Shown: positions 11,345 to 24,971, counted from the stretch's first letter. The stretch is DNA of 64,000 nucleotides from Macrostomum hystrix (GCA_950097015.1 CATNEN010000041.1:1364001-1428000); one strand, 5' to 3'. Numbers and translations are program-made. Notes: generated from the sequence alone by a model not told the origin.

Positions 11345-12999
11345 AGCTGCTGAGAAATGTTAAATTGACAATAAAGTTATGACTTAAATGTTTATTAAAG
11401 ATGTTTTGATCTGTTTAAAGATATCCTTTTGCTAAAAACAGCATTTTGTTACAGAGTTGAAATAAAAAAAGCAAGCACAAAGCATTTTTTAATTAATTAT
11501 TACAAAGGTAAAGAGTAATTCAGAACTAGTAGTTTAATATAATTGTATTTAAACTAAATATGCATGGTTGTTTCAGAGTAGATCGCTTAAAACTAAGGTA
11601 TATATCATATCTCAATTATTAATGGAAATGTTTGTATACTGTAAAAAATATTAACAAGTATATATTATATTTATATATACAAGTAGTAGCAAAGTTCTTC
11701 TAATACAATGCAATGTTTCATTTAATAGGATTTATGCTAACCAACTTATAGCTATAACAAAAATTAATCAGCTGCATCATTCCTTCTAAATCAATAACTA
11801 TGTCATAAAATGTTCAACCATAATTTTATTTGCATCATCACTTTGATTGCAACTACAAAAGAATAAAGAATAATTTTATTTTAAACTAAATTCATTAGAT
11901 ACAGTGGAATAAAAATCTTGAATTTCATACCCAGTTTAAGTATTGTAAAATAAAATAAAAACTTTGTGTGTCACATGGTTAGCCTGAATATTCTAAATCT
12001 AGTAATGATGAAATGATAATAAGAAATTACTACTTATATTATATTTTATTCCCTGTTAGAAAGTTTTGTTTACATTAACTATAGCTACTTAGTCTTACGC
12101 CTAAGAATATTCAATTTCTATATTTGGTAACCCTCCAAATTCCACACTTATGTCTAAATACCTCTTAGAGACTAAAAAGGCTAAGCTTGATTCATTGTTA
12201 AAATTTCTTAAAGCGCCACAACGTGTCTATTCCATAGGTATATGCAGTGTCTAAATAAATAAACGAACTGCTTAATTGCACTAAATCATTTATTGCTACA
12301 CTATAAGTCTATATAGATTTTTCATCCAGTCGCGGGGACATGACCAAGACCAAGAGTACACGAAGTAAATATACATGTTTCTGGGAAAAAATTATTGATT
12401 AAAAAAGGACCAGAACTACGCATGCGATAAATCAAATGAACTTTAATATATCTTAAAGTATACTATAAATTCAACAAGGCCGCTATAATAAGTATAAATT
12501 TCTATAGGCTTCTATCAGGGTATTATATATATTCTCATATAGCTTCTAAGTAAAAAGGCCAGTATTTTAACTTTGCTCTATTCTGCAAATTACAGGTCCC
12601 GTCAAGCTGGCCCTCAGTCGATAAATTTGCTATGTAGGGCTGGCTAGGTCGTCTTGTCATCTTATATGAACCACCGAAAATTATCTGTCATAAACAAACT
12701 GTTCCTGCGCATAGCCATGCAGTATAAGTATACAGCGTTGAGTGTTTCCAGAAGTGTGAAAACCGAGCGGGTATTTAAAAGTTAGGCAGTTAGCTAACAG
12801 TAACACTTGTCTAACTTATATATAATTCATTTCATTTAGTCAATTCATTTCCGACGGGTTAGCAAGTAACAAGTAACATTTTTTGTTATGCAATTAGCTT
12901 ATTACACTAAGTTAATAGCTAGTTCTATAGATAGCTTGCAAGTTGGATATTTTTCGTCACTTCATATCCTCCAGTTACTTGAGAATTTACTGCTTCGTA

Positions 13000-15900
13000 A
13001 TGAAACCTACTAAATTAAATTTATTCCTTCATAATTTTTTTGCACTATGTGTTGTTGGCAGCTTAGGATCTTTTTTCAATCGAGTCTCTTTTGGATCTAT
13101 GGCTGAGCCAATGGTAAGTAACTATTCAACAAAATTTGCAGTTTGAGGTTCACTTTATTAGCCAAGTATCACAGTTCCAATAGTAATACAATTGTAATAA
13201 GCAGATGCAGTTAAAATTATTTAGCTTTTTTATGATTTGACAGTATAAATGTTAGACACATTTGTAATTCAATTCTTGCTTTTAAACAGACATCAACTGA
13301 AGGTGATTAGCTAATACAGCTGTATTCAGCCTTGCATTAAGAGATAATTGACATTAATTCACAGGCAGGCGAGTTTGTTGGAGTCCTGCACATTCATTTG
13401 GACTCTTACCGTCAGGCTGATAATGGCTGGTGTGACCAGAGCATATTTTGGTCTGACAAGTGCGATCCATACTTTATTGTGACTGCCGGGCCTGCTGGGC
13501 GGCCGCCACTTGCCCGCTTTGAATCTCGGCCAGTTGACAATGCGCAGCAGACTGTGCAATTTGGCAAACGGATTGGACAGCTGACCAATCCCCTGCGCTT
13601 CTTGTTTAAAGACTCCGACAGGCTGGATGACTCGCTCGTCATTGAGGTTGGGGCAACGAAAGTACTATGCAGATTGCGATTCCCACCAGACTGTGTGCCC
13701 AGTTCATTAGAATCCTATCTCACATTATTCCCAATATAATGAAATCCCAACTGACCTAATTCCCAATCTAATGAACTCCCATCTGAACTAATTATCAAGA
13801 TAAATGATATCCGATCTGACCAAATTCCTAATCAAATAAATCCCAACTGACCAAGTTCCCGATATAATGAAATCCCAACTGATCGAGTTACCACTCTAAT
13901 GAAGTCCCAACAAATCTATTAGCCAAGCAGACTTGAAATATTATAGTTTTGGCGTTCTCGACCCCAAACGCTGCCAGATCACGGTGAAGGACCATGACGA
14001 GATTTCTCTGGACGATCAGATGTCTCACTTCCTGTGGCAGCTGCCTCTGGCCAACCTCACCACTGGCATCCTGCTCGAATCCGCCGCTCAAAGCGCCGCC
14101 CCGGAGCCCAGCTCTGCCAGTCTGATTAGCCGGGGGGGAAGCGGAGACCAGCTGACGCTGCAGGCCTGGATCGCTTGCCGGCCCGGCCGGGCTGGGCCCG
14201 CCTGCCGAGTCGCCTGCTCGCCCGCCCGATTTCGTGGCGTAGGTGGCGGCTTCGCCTGCGAGCTAGCTACCGGTCGGCGGGTCTGCCTGCCCGGCTTCGT
14301 TAGCGTGGGCTGCGCGCGCCAAGATCCGTGCGCGGCCGCCGATGTCAGCAGCGGCAGCGTTGGTTCATCGCCTTTCTGCGCCCACGGCGGCGAGTGCGTG
14401 CCGCCGGCAGCCGGTGACGCCAGCCTCGCCACCTGCCGCTGTCGGAAGGGCTTCGGCGGGCCCCGCTGCGAGTCCGTGCTGCGGCCGTGCGGCGGTGGTC
14501 TCGGAAACTCGCCGGCCTGCGCGCACGGCGTGTGCGTCACCTCTGCAGTGGGCGCCAGATGCGACTGCGATGTCGGCTATCAGGTGTGTGCGACTTCCAC
14601 TGTCAATCACTCTCTTATCGACAATGAATCACTCTCTATCCATAGCGAATCACTCTCTATCCACAGTGAATCACTCTCTATCCACAATGAATCACTCTCT
14701 ATCCACAGTGAATCACTCTCTATCCACAGCGAATCACTCTCTATCCACAATGAATCACTCTCTATCCATAGCGAATCACTCTCTATCCACAGTGAATCAC
14801 TCTCTATTCACAGCGAATCACTCTCTATCCACAATGAATCACTCTCTATCCACAGCGAATCACTCTATTCACAATGAATCACTCTCTATCCACAGCGAAT
14901 CACTCTCTATCCACAATGAATCACTCTCTATCCACAGTGAATCACTCTCTATCCACAATGAATCACTCTCTATCCACAATGAAATCACTCTCTATCCACA
15001 ATGAATCACTCTCTATCCACAATGAATCACTCTCTATCCACAATTAATCACTCTCTATCCATAATGAATCACTCTCTATCCATAATGAATCACTCTCTAT
15101 CCACAATGAAATCACTCTCTATCCACAATGAATCACTCTCTATCCACAATTAATCACTCTCTATCCATAATGAATCACTCTCTATCCATAATGAATCACT
15201 CTCTATCCATAATGAATCACTCTCTATCCACAATTAATCACTCTCTATCCATAATGAATCACTCTCTATCCACAATGAATCACTCTCTATCCACAATGAA
15301 TCACTCTTCACCCGTTGGAAATCGCTCTTTTTCCGTTGAAGATTGCTCTTTATCCATTGGAGATCGCTCTTTATCACCACCTGCCCAGGGCGAGCTCTGC
15401 AGCGAAGACATTGACGAATGCCGCCTGGTGTCGCCTTGCCAGCACGACTCCGTCTGCGTGAACACTAGGGGCGGCTTCGTGTGCCGCTGTCGGCCCGGCT
15501 TCTCAGGCCGGCTCTGCCAGTTGCCTCCGATGCTGCTGCCGCCTCCGGAGCCCCAGCCCGTTGCCGCCTCGGCTGCAGAGAGTTCCGTAAGCGACTTGGC
15601 CAGTTAAGTTTGCAGAAATGACTTATCAGCAGGGTGCCCCGGCCCGAGCGGATGCAGCGAGGAGGCGGCGGGAGCGGCCCATTTCGCTAGCCCATGGGTT
15701 TGCAGAAATGATTGCGAGCAACTCAATTTAACGATTTCACGAGTTCCCTTCATAATTTCAATTCAAATCTTATTCGTAGATTTCACGTTACACCAAGTGA
15801 AACTAGCTGGTTATATTCTACAAAGCTAAAATCACAAATACAGGTCACTTGCATACGCACAAAGGCATGCCAACACAAGCGAACAGGAAATTTGAATTTA

Positions 15901-16585
15901 ACAGCGACAGATGTGCAAGCTGATAAAGATTTTCTATAGTTCAGCTACACCGACGGATACGTAAAATGCACAGCTTGGACACCAGCTTCATATCTTTAAA
16001 ATTAAAAAATCTATACGCTCGTCATATCTTAATCTGCCCTCCGTAAAAAAAATTTTTGTATCACACTAGCCACCATCGGTCATTCAAAGGTCAGTTATGC
16101 TAGAGAATACAGTTTCAGACTATTCTACTCACAGGACGCAAGGTAAGTAGCACGCCTTCTAATTGTTGCAGACAGTGGGCTCAGCCACGCTGCTGACAGC
16201 CGTTCTGCTGTCGGTGATTGCGGTGCTGGCGCTGGCCCTGCTGCTCCTTCTGCTGCTCCTCTGGCGCAAGCGAGGTTCTGGCCGCAGCCCGCAGTTCGTC
16301 GCTATTTTCAATCGCCGTCCAGACAAAACATCCGACACGTCGGAACCTGAGGACAGCCAGTGCTACTATGAGTCCATCGAGGATCCGCTGCAAGCCAACG
16401 AGAGTCCCTTCTACGCCGATGGGGAAAATTTTCCCAATGCCGCCTACTCCGTTGGGGCATCGACCGCCGACTTGCTGCCGCCGTCTCCGCCGCCACCGCC
16501 GCCGCGACTAACTCCATCTGGCGCATCCCACTGCGGCATGCCTGCAGGTGCTGACTCGGACTCGCAGTCCAACTGCTACGTCTGA
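13000..16585 (+). CDS. Delta-like type I membrane protein: signal peptide, C2/MNNL-like domain, degenerate DSL, 3 EGF repeats, TM helix, Tyr/Pro-rich tail (~537 aa)
   Basis: Exons 13000-13113, 13365-13646, 13978-14583, 15389-15586 and 16172-16585, all phase 0 with canonical GT-AG. DSL-like segment: CRPGRAGPACRVACSP...ACELATGRRVCLPGFVSVGC. Ca-binding EGF: EDIDECRLVSPCQHDSVCVNTRGGFVCRCRPGFSGRLC. TM: LLTAVLLSVIAVLALALLLLLLLLWRKR. Exon 1 is the least certain. Confidence 0.8.
14605..15305. repeat. 21-bp intronic minisatellite (aatcactctctatccacagtg/aatg), ~33 copies
   Basis: Lies in intron 3 of the Delta-like gene. Explains the SLSIHSE tail of ORF 13933-14877. Confidence 0.95.
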
Positions 16586-17277
16586 CATTGCCTGTCAAAT
16601 GCTACTTACTTAAATGATTGGTTTGCAGCTTCTGCTTTTGTGTCACTAAAAGAAAAGCCTCTGCTTTCCTGTAGTTTTCTCATGAGTTTTACTTACGTCT
16701 GCATGATTAGAGACATTGGTAATATGCACTTGTACAGTTTTTATATCAAAGCTCATAGGATACTCCGATTGATAATGCATGCTTGAAATACAGTCTGCCT
16801 CAAATATAGCAGCTACCTGCACTAACATTAACATAAATAAATAAATAGAAAGTATTTCGCTATTGAAAATCCTGTAATTATTCAAATAAATTGCCAAATT
16901 GAAGTCCGAAACAGGTCGGCTACTTTTAGCTAAAAACATGCCGCAAATTTAGATTTATTTAAATAAGCCGGCTATTGAAACAGATGGCATTGAACTGAAC
17001 AAATTGACTTCTATCTGCACTGGTTCGAAGTTGGTTTCTAAGTAAAATGCAATGCACTGCGCGCCAGCCTTGCTTACCACAATTTGCAGGTCGCACATAG
17101 ATACAAAGTCTAAACAGCTACTCGAGTGCAGCTGTCTTCAGCTGAGAAAGGACTCGACAGTTGCAGTCCACAATGAATTCTTTATAATAATTACAAAGTA
17201 TAAAAATACTTCGAACCAAAAATATAATTTATCTAACTATAGGGACCCTACAGATAGCAATAATTGCTGAAAACTAG

Positions 17278-17700
17278 GGCCTGTGATCTGGGGCTGCAAT
17301 CTTATTAGCTCAAGATGACCGCCTGTGATCTGGGGCTGCAATCTTATTAGCTCAAGATGACCGCATGTCATCTGGGGCTGCAATCTTATTAGCTCAAGAT
17401 GACCGCATGTCATCTGGGGCTGCAATCTTATTAGCTCAAGATGACCGCCTGTGATCTGGGGCTGCAATCTAATTAGCTCAAGATGACCGCCTGTGATCTG
17501 GGGCTGCAATCTTATTAGCTCAAGGTGACCGCCTGTGATCTGGGGCTGCAATCTTATTAGCTCAAGATGACCGCCTGTGATCTGGGGCTGCAATCTTATT
17601 AGCTCAAGATGACCGCCTGTGATCTGGGGCTGCAATCTAATTAGCTCAAGGTGACCGCCTGTGATCTGGGGCTGCAATCTTATTAGCTCAAGGTGACCGG
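17278..17700. repeat. 39-bp minisatellite (cctgtgatctggggctgcaatcttattagctcaagatgaccg-type), ~11 copies
   Basis: Tandem array just downstream of the helicase stop codon, between two convergent genes. Confidence 0.93.
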
Positions 17701-17770
17701 GCAAATTTGTGCGACTCAGAAAAGCACAAAAAGAATTCAAAAAGTTCTTTCTGTTCGATCAGCAGGCGTG

Positions 17771-20700
17771 TCAGAAGCGTGTCCGGCGGACATGTCCGTG
17801 ATGCTGCTGCTGCCGGTGCGGCCTGGGCGGGCCGGAGCTGCGCCAGACGGCCTGCTTGAAGTTCGGAAGGGCGCCAGACCTGCTGCTGCTTCTCGACGAC
17901 TCTGAGTCGTCGTCTTCAGCGTCCCCGAACTCGTCGCTCCTGGCGATGGCCGGCGATCTGGTGAGAAATTCGGGCACCTCCTGGTTGCAGGCGCGCAAAA
18001 CCTGCTGAAGGTCCCGACGAATGTCCTTGGAGGCCAGATCCCTGTTCGTCAGGAAGGTCACGGCGCGGCCGGGTCGGCCTAGACGGCCAGTGCGGCCCAC
18101 CCGGTGAATGTACTGGTCAATGTACTGCGGAGCGTCAAAATTCACCACCAGGCTGACGCCAGGCAGGTCTAGGCCACGCGCGGCGACGTCGGTGGCCACC
18201 AGGACGCGGCTCCGACCGCTTTTGAAGCTCTCCAAGGACATCTGGCGGGTCTGGAATGGGGGGAAACTTATCTAGTTCGAACTTTAATTTAACACTGCGA
18301 ATCATGATCGTCCCTGTGGTCTGAAGCTCTCCGAGTCTAAGACAGCGGCGATCATGTTCACCAGCAAAAACAAATGGCATATTCGCCCCCTCCAGCTGTA
18401 TGGAAAGGACATCACCTTCCAGAAGCAAACTAAATGCTTGGGCATAACGCTCGATCACAGGCTCAGCTGGACTCCTCATGTCCACGCTAAAGCCAAAAAG
18501 GCCTTTGCGATCCTGGCGCAGCTGCGCAGGGCGGTAGGCAACACTTGGGGTCTCACCCCCAAACGCCTTTGGTGGATCTACACTGCTATGGTCAGACCGG
18601 CTGTTTCGTACGCCGGACTGATCTGGGCTAGCGCCCTGCAGCTAAAGACCTGCCATGAGACTCTTTGGAGAGTGCAAGGTCGCGCATGTCGCATGATCAT
18701 GAGCGCCCCGTTATCCGCCCCCTTCGATGGCCTCAGCGCCTTCCTGAACATCTTCCCGCTTGATATCTTTATCCGCGGTGAGGCGGCAAAAACCGCCCGG
18801 CGTCTCCTTGATGCCGGTGTGCGCTTCGTCCCCCAACGAGCGGCAGCGAAACGAAAGCTCCTGCCGCACACGGACCTTTGCCTGAGAGATTTGGGCGCGA
18901 GCAATGGAATCAATGTCCTCACGGACGGTGAACCGTGCACGCTCAACCTCTTTCAGCGCTTCAAAGTTCTCATCCCCACCAGGGACCAAGCTAGCGACCA
19001 CTGGAACACTCAGGAGGTCCACTGCTACACGGACGGATCCATGAAGGATGGCTCCGCTGGCTTCGGGGTCTGTATCCTAATCAACGGACGTGTTGTCGCC
19101 ACACACGCCCAACACACTGGAAACTCCTCGAGCGTTTTCCAGAACGAGGTCCTGGCCATCAGCTCCTGCGCTGCGGAGTTGAATGAGAAAAACATCTCAG
19201 GCAGGACTATCATCTTTCACTCGGACAGTCAGGCTACTCTGCAAGCCCTCTGTCACACCACCACAACCTCCCGGACAGTCTCCGACTGTGTCCGGCAGCT
19301 CAATAACCTGGCCGGTAAGAATACCGTCAGACTTCAGTGGATACCAGGGCATGCCGGTTTCCCTGGAAACGAGCTTGCTGACTACCTGGCCAAGCAGGGA
19401 GGCGCCAGCTCTGCGCCGGGCCCCTCCCCCCGGCTCCGATTCCGAACACCGTCATCTATCGTCAGATCAATGACTGGACCGCCAACCTCCATCTTACCCG
19501 GTGGAGAAGCACCACTAACTGCCGCCAATCCAAAGCGGCAGTTTCAGTGCCATCCACTCGGCGCCGGAAGGTCCTTCTAAACCAGATCCGGGCCCTCACC
19601 ATGACCCTCACGGGCCATGGCTGCTACGCCAGACACTTTCCTCCGTGGAGACCTCCGGAGTGAGCTGTGCCCGTTCTGCAACCTTGAGACGAGGATGCCC
19701 TGCACTTCGTCTGTCACTGCCCTTTCTTCACCAGAGAGAGGCTTAATTACCTCGGACCAAACCCATCCATGGACGATGTTTGCAGATCCGAGAACATCCC
19801 GCGGCTCGTCCGGTTCCTAAGGGCTACCAGACGAGCCTCTTTCTTCCCCAGCGAGGAACAAGCTGCAGGAAGGACCGAACACGGACCTCCCTGACTGGCC
19901 CCGCGCGATCGGCCGACTGCGGGTCTTTCAGGGATTAGCGGAATGGGCGACTCCCGCCTCCCCGTTGTGTCCATCGGACCGCCCTGCAGATAAGTCAAGT
20001 AAGTCAAGTCATGATCGTCCCAAGCTAAAATTAGCTCGTATTTTTCGAATTATTGCGACCTGTAAAATCGCTGATAAATTGCTTATCTGAAAAGCCAAAG
20101 ATCTGCCAGGGGAGACCCAGCTGCTCACCATCTGCCGCATGTCGCCGTGGAGGGCGACGGCGGCAACTCCGCCGGTCTCCAGCCGCCTGAGCAGCTGGCT
20201 GGCGCCCAACTTGGTCTGCACGAACACCAGGCAGCGCTCGTCATCACCCAACTCGGCTAGCAGGCGGCGCAGCGAGTCGAGCCGTGTGGCTTCGCCGGCG
20301 CCATCCAGGAGCAGCAGCTGCTGGCGGATGCCGGCCGGCACCGGGCCGGACTCGGCGCCGTGGCCGGCCAGGACTGAGATGCGCGCGTCCGGGCGGAGCA
20401 GATTGCGCACAATGCGAGCCACGTCTGGCGGGAATGTGGCTGAGAACAGCGAGGTCTGGCGGCCGGATGCGGGCGGCGGGCCAAACTCCTGGCTGGTGAT
20501 GATTCGGCGAATGTCTCGCTCGAAGCCCATGTCTAAGCAGCGGTCGGCCTCATCCAGTATGAGCTGGCGGCAGGCGCTCAGCGACAGGATGCCGCGCTGC
20601 AGAAAGTCCAACAGGCGGCCGGGTGTCGCAACGGCGATGTGGGCGCCCTCGTTCAGGATCTGCGGGGTCGGAGGCGGAGCTCAGACAGCTGGACTGGTCT

Positions 20701-22321
20701 GCAGGAGACTGGGGAGACAGGGTGGGATAAAGTGCAGAGTAGGAAGGTAGACGTGGTGGAAGACGGAGGAAGAAATCTGAAGATAAGAAGAGGAGAGGAA
20801 GAGGATGCAATAGAGGGAAAGAGAAGAGAGAACGAGGGGAAGAGGAGAAGGGAGAGTGGAGGACGAAACTATGGCGGGGAGGGATGTAGGAGCGGCAGAT
20901 GCAGGTAGATGGAGATCAGCAGAGAAGGAAGAACACAAGCACAGAAAAGGCAGTGAGCCGCGGACCCTGTCTCGCATGGTGTCAGCGTTGAGGCCGCCGA
21001 CTAGCAGGCCGGCGCGGATGGGCGTGAAGCCGATGAGGCGCTGCAGCTCGGCGAGGATCTGCTGCGCCAGCTCCCTGGTTGGGCAGAGCACCAGGCCGCT
21101 AGGATACTGGGTGCGCCGCTCGGATTGGCGGACGAGCTCAATGGCCTCGGAGGGATAATTGGCGGCCAGGCGGCTGACCATCGGTACCAGGTAGGCCAGG
21201 GTCTTGCCGCTGCCGGTCTCCGCCTGGTGTGTTTGGCGATTTTATCAAGTATTAAAGGAAAATTCTTAACAATTATGCATACTTACCGATTACAATAGCT
21301 GTAAATATTAATCAACTATTTAGGAATTTCTTTTATTGAGCAAGACACTTCGTTCCCTCTGCCTCAGTCTGTTCACCCAGTAAATTGGGGGCCGGCGGTG
21401 TTCCCAGTCCACGGACTGAGCAGGTGTACGTTTGGATGCGCTGCGCAATAGAGCTGTGCCACTGGCTGTACATCTGGTCCAGCGGGGCTAGGGTCAATAG
21501 AACTGTGCCACTGGCTGTACATCTGGTCCAGTGGGGCTAGGGTTAATAGAGCTGTGCCACTGGCTGTACATCTGGTCCAGCGGGGCTAGGGTTAATAGAG
21601 CTGTGCCACTGGCTGTACATCTGGTCCAGCGGGGCTAGGGTTAATTTCGATTTCGTATCTATCCTACCTTAATCGGAACACAAAATAGGGATTTCACGAA
21701 TCACCTGGACGGTTGCATCAAAGCCGGCCAGGCCGACTGGGACCGCGCCGCGCTGCACGGGAGTCATTTCGTCCACGCCCATGCGAGCCAGGCCTTCCAG
21801 CACTCGCGGCTCCAGTGAGTCGGTCAGCTGCGAGAACCGGCTGGCGTCGGGCGGCGAGAAGGCGCCGGAATCCACGGGGACGCCGGAGTGTGTCAGCGGG
21901 ATCTGCGCGAAATGGTTGCGGGCCGCTTCGGACATTCCGTCGCCCTGCTGTCGATCTTGCCGGGACGGGCGGACGATGCGAGCGGCCCAGTCAGAGGCGC
22001 TGAGGAGGCCGCTGCTGCCGCCGACCCTGGCACGGGTGGCCTGCTGCCAGGCGGGCCGGTAGGCGCGGACAAACAGCAACAGGGCGAACTGCCGCCGGCC
22101 CTGATTGGCTAACTTGCTGAGGGAATGCTGCAAACGTTGCGTGGTATTGGTAATCACCCAGTCATTTCCCTAGACTAAAATGCTGTCTCACACAGCCAGA
22201 TTGTACTCACTTTGGTGCAACTTTTTATTTTAATCGAAATAATACGAGTATATAATGTCCGATCGTGTTTCCTCGCCTCGTTTGGTGGAAGTTTCAACAA
22301 GGTTAAAGTACACATGTACAT
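17771..22321 (-). CDS. DEAD-box RNA helicase, DDX3/PL10/Belle-like, divergent (~600 aa)
   Basis: Exons 22321-22211 (tentative), 22127-21705, 21223-20966, 20659-20129 and 18250-17771, all phase 0. Motifs: Q (MTPVQ), [55 protein letters not shown] and [19 protein letters not shown] and [12 protein letters not shown] resemble DDX3. Confidence 0.88.
18315..20008 (+). mobile_element. 5'-truncated, frameshifted non-LTR retrotransposon (RT C-terminus, RNase H, CCHC; I/LOA/R1-like group) in the last helicase intron
   Basis: ORF 18354-19580 has the RT end ([27 protein letters not shown]) and RNase H ([26 protein letters not shown]). LTGH and CPFC..E...HF.CHCP occur in shifted frames. The 3' tail is taagtcaagtaagtcaag. 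The 13-bp TSD tcatgatcgtccc lies at 18302-18314 and 20009-20021. Confidence 0.93.
21450..21645. repeat. 49-bp intronic tandem repeat, 4 copies
   Basis: Unit agagctgtgccactggctgtacatctggtccagcggggctagggttaat in a helicase intron. Confidence 0.9.
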
Positions 22322-24834
22322 GGCTACAAAATCTCAGTGTTTAAGAAATGTCTATATTACAGGTCCCAATACGAGTATTAGATAATAAAACTTGGACTCA
22401 ACTGCTTAGTTTTAAAAGGCAATGTAATGAAGGCTGTCAAATTGTGTTTAACCTAATTCTGATTCCATGCACTACTATGGCCCTATGGCTTGTGATAATG
22501 CTGACCTTTGCTAGAAAATTTCAAATACATTTTCACTTCTGATCTAATAACGAGAAAGACTGAGATTGCAACTGTACTTGGTCCAAATTCTATAGCTAAT
22601 GCAAATAGGCTTTTTACTTGACGCAAGTCCAAAAGCAAATGTGCAATTGTTTAAAAAAATTGTGGTCATGTTGTCAATTCTAAGGGATTATACAGTTATT
22701 GGAAAACTAAATAAAGCAACAACTAAATTATGATTAAAAATTAGCATAAAGTAGTATAACAGTACCAGATGTTGATAAACATAATAGTCTAGAATTGGCC
22801 CTATCCCTCCTATCAAAGTGTAGCTAGTCTTTGATTACTCTAAATTTGACAGGCCTAGTTTTTACAAACTAGTATCAGAAGATCCTTGGGACTTACTTAT
22901 AGCAAGTATACCATAATAAGGTATCTTAACTAAATGGTGGGCCCTATGAAAAAACATATTTTATATATTGAACTTATTGCACATATATAATAGTGTTGTC
23001 TCTATTATAGTAAAGAATTTTAATCTAGAATGATCTCTAAATTTAAACATGATTGTGGTTTATTAGAAAACTATACTTTAGAAATTTAGTTTGACATGGT
23101 AAATTTGTTTAAATGAGGAACAACTTTGTTTTGCAATCCAAAAAATGCTGTTTTAATTTTTCAGACAGCAATAAAGCAAAAAAAATAATAATAACATATT
23201 GTATTTTTAACATTCAAATAATACACTAAAGTGTTCTGTAGTTACTTCTAAAAATATAATGAGATAAATACTTAGACAATCTGAGAAAAGAGAGGTATTG
23301 CTGTACCCTGAGATAATTTGTAATACTAGTTAGAAAAGCCTATAAACATTTTTAGAAATAACTACTATATGAAATAAATAATCAACAAAAACAGTTAAAC
23401 ATGCTACCACACATAAAAAATGGTACCCAGACATATTATTCAATAATTTGTATTGCATATAACATTCTCAAAAAAAATCCTAGATAATACTTGATTAAAA
23501 AAATCTGTGAACAATTTTATAAAGAACCCTAGGACAACTTTGATAGCATTAGTGGAATATAAATTTTAGAACGACAAATAGAAAACAGGCCAAAAAAATT
23601 TTTGTATTTTTTTCTTTAACTTTGCTGCATGGGATAGCGTAAAGATAACACTTTATCTATTTAGCCATGGAGCCAATCAAGACTCTAATATGGTATAGAA
23701 GCATTGCCAACAACCAAGACATCATAAAGTGAGCCTTAAATGCATTTTACATGCCCTTGCTACACAATGCCCACACTACCCCTTGAGACCTGATGACTGT
23801 CACTACATCAGCATCCCAGATAAATTTCATCAATCATCAATATTATATATCAAATCTACAATTTTCATGTGATCTCATGGCATACTAAACCTAAGCCCAA
23901 AATGGGCAAGATCAGTGAGACTAATTGATAATGAGTCAAAAAAGTGGACAATATTGGAAACTACAACATATGATATGAGTAATGACTAATAAACAAAGCT
24001 ACACATATTTATAACATGCTGACATAAAAGTAGATATAAGGTAAAAGTGTAAGAAAAAGTGTAGAAATAACAGTTAACAATAACAACTCTTACTATTTTT
24101 GTTTATTTTTGTTGCCAAATTTTTCTGCTACCATATGGTTAGTAACATTTGTTACCTCCATCGCTGTTACTTTTTTTTAATGCACCAAACATGACACAAA
24201 ATCTTTCTTGCTTCATATTTATTGTCTTATCTATATAATTTTGCATAATTTGTAAAATATACAATGCATTGATAATATAGAAAATAAAAGGTTAGGTCTG
24301 AATTGAATAAAAATATTAGTTAAGAAAGGAAATTAAATTAATGAAACCAGTTAGGAGTTCGTGAAACCAATTAGTGAGTATACAATTAGGAAACATCTGA
24401 TCTGATTGATGCATCCACTAGGCCTAGTAAGCATATAGCTACAAAGTGCTAGGCCTACTTAGTGATAACTAAACCAATGAAATAGAAATAAAAAGACAAG
24501 GACCACTAGAGCAGATCAAGTCTACTTCTAATGGTCCTTGTATAGTATGCAAAGTAGTTTATCAAGAAGTAGGCCTATGGAGTAATATTAAAAAGAGTAA
24601 CATTCTAATAAGAGTAGGCCTAACAAGGACTGATTCATTTGTTTAATATATATATAGTGCCTTGCAACATAAACACTATTCGCAACTACATCAACTGTTT
24701 GTGTATAATAAAGTAAAAAGGAGTGCTTATGTAACCTTACACACAGTTATAACACTTGAGTGAGTTTAATTAATAATACTCAGTTATACGTAGGTCATAA
24801 ATGTACCCAGTAATTTGCCCAGCAAATAATGCCC

Positions 24835-24971
24835 AGTGGCGTAGCGAGGAATTTTCGATGGGGGATTAAATGAAAAAACTGAACGAACAATAAAAAAATG
24901 GACTGTATATTAATAGCAATACTCCCCCTTTCAACTCTCCCACAATTTTTCTGCCGCTTGGGGACGCCACT
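24835..24971. mobile_element. Possible small MITE remnant
   Basis: AGTGGCGT at 24835 and its reverse complement ACGCCACT ending at 24971 bound a short, slightly GC-richer island in AT-rich DNA. No TSD was confirmed. Confidence 0.25.
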
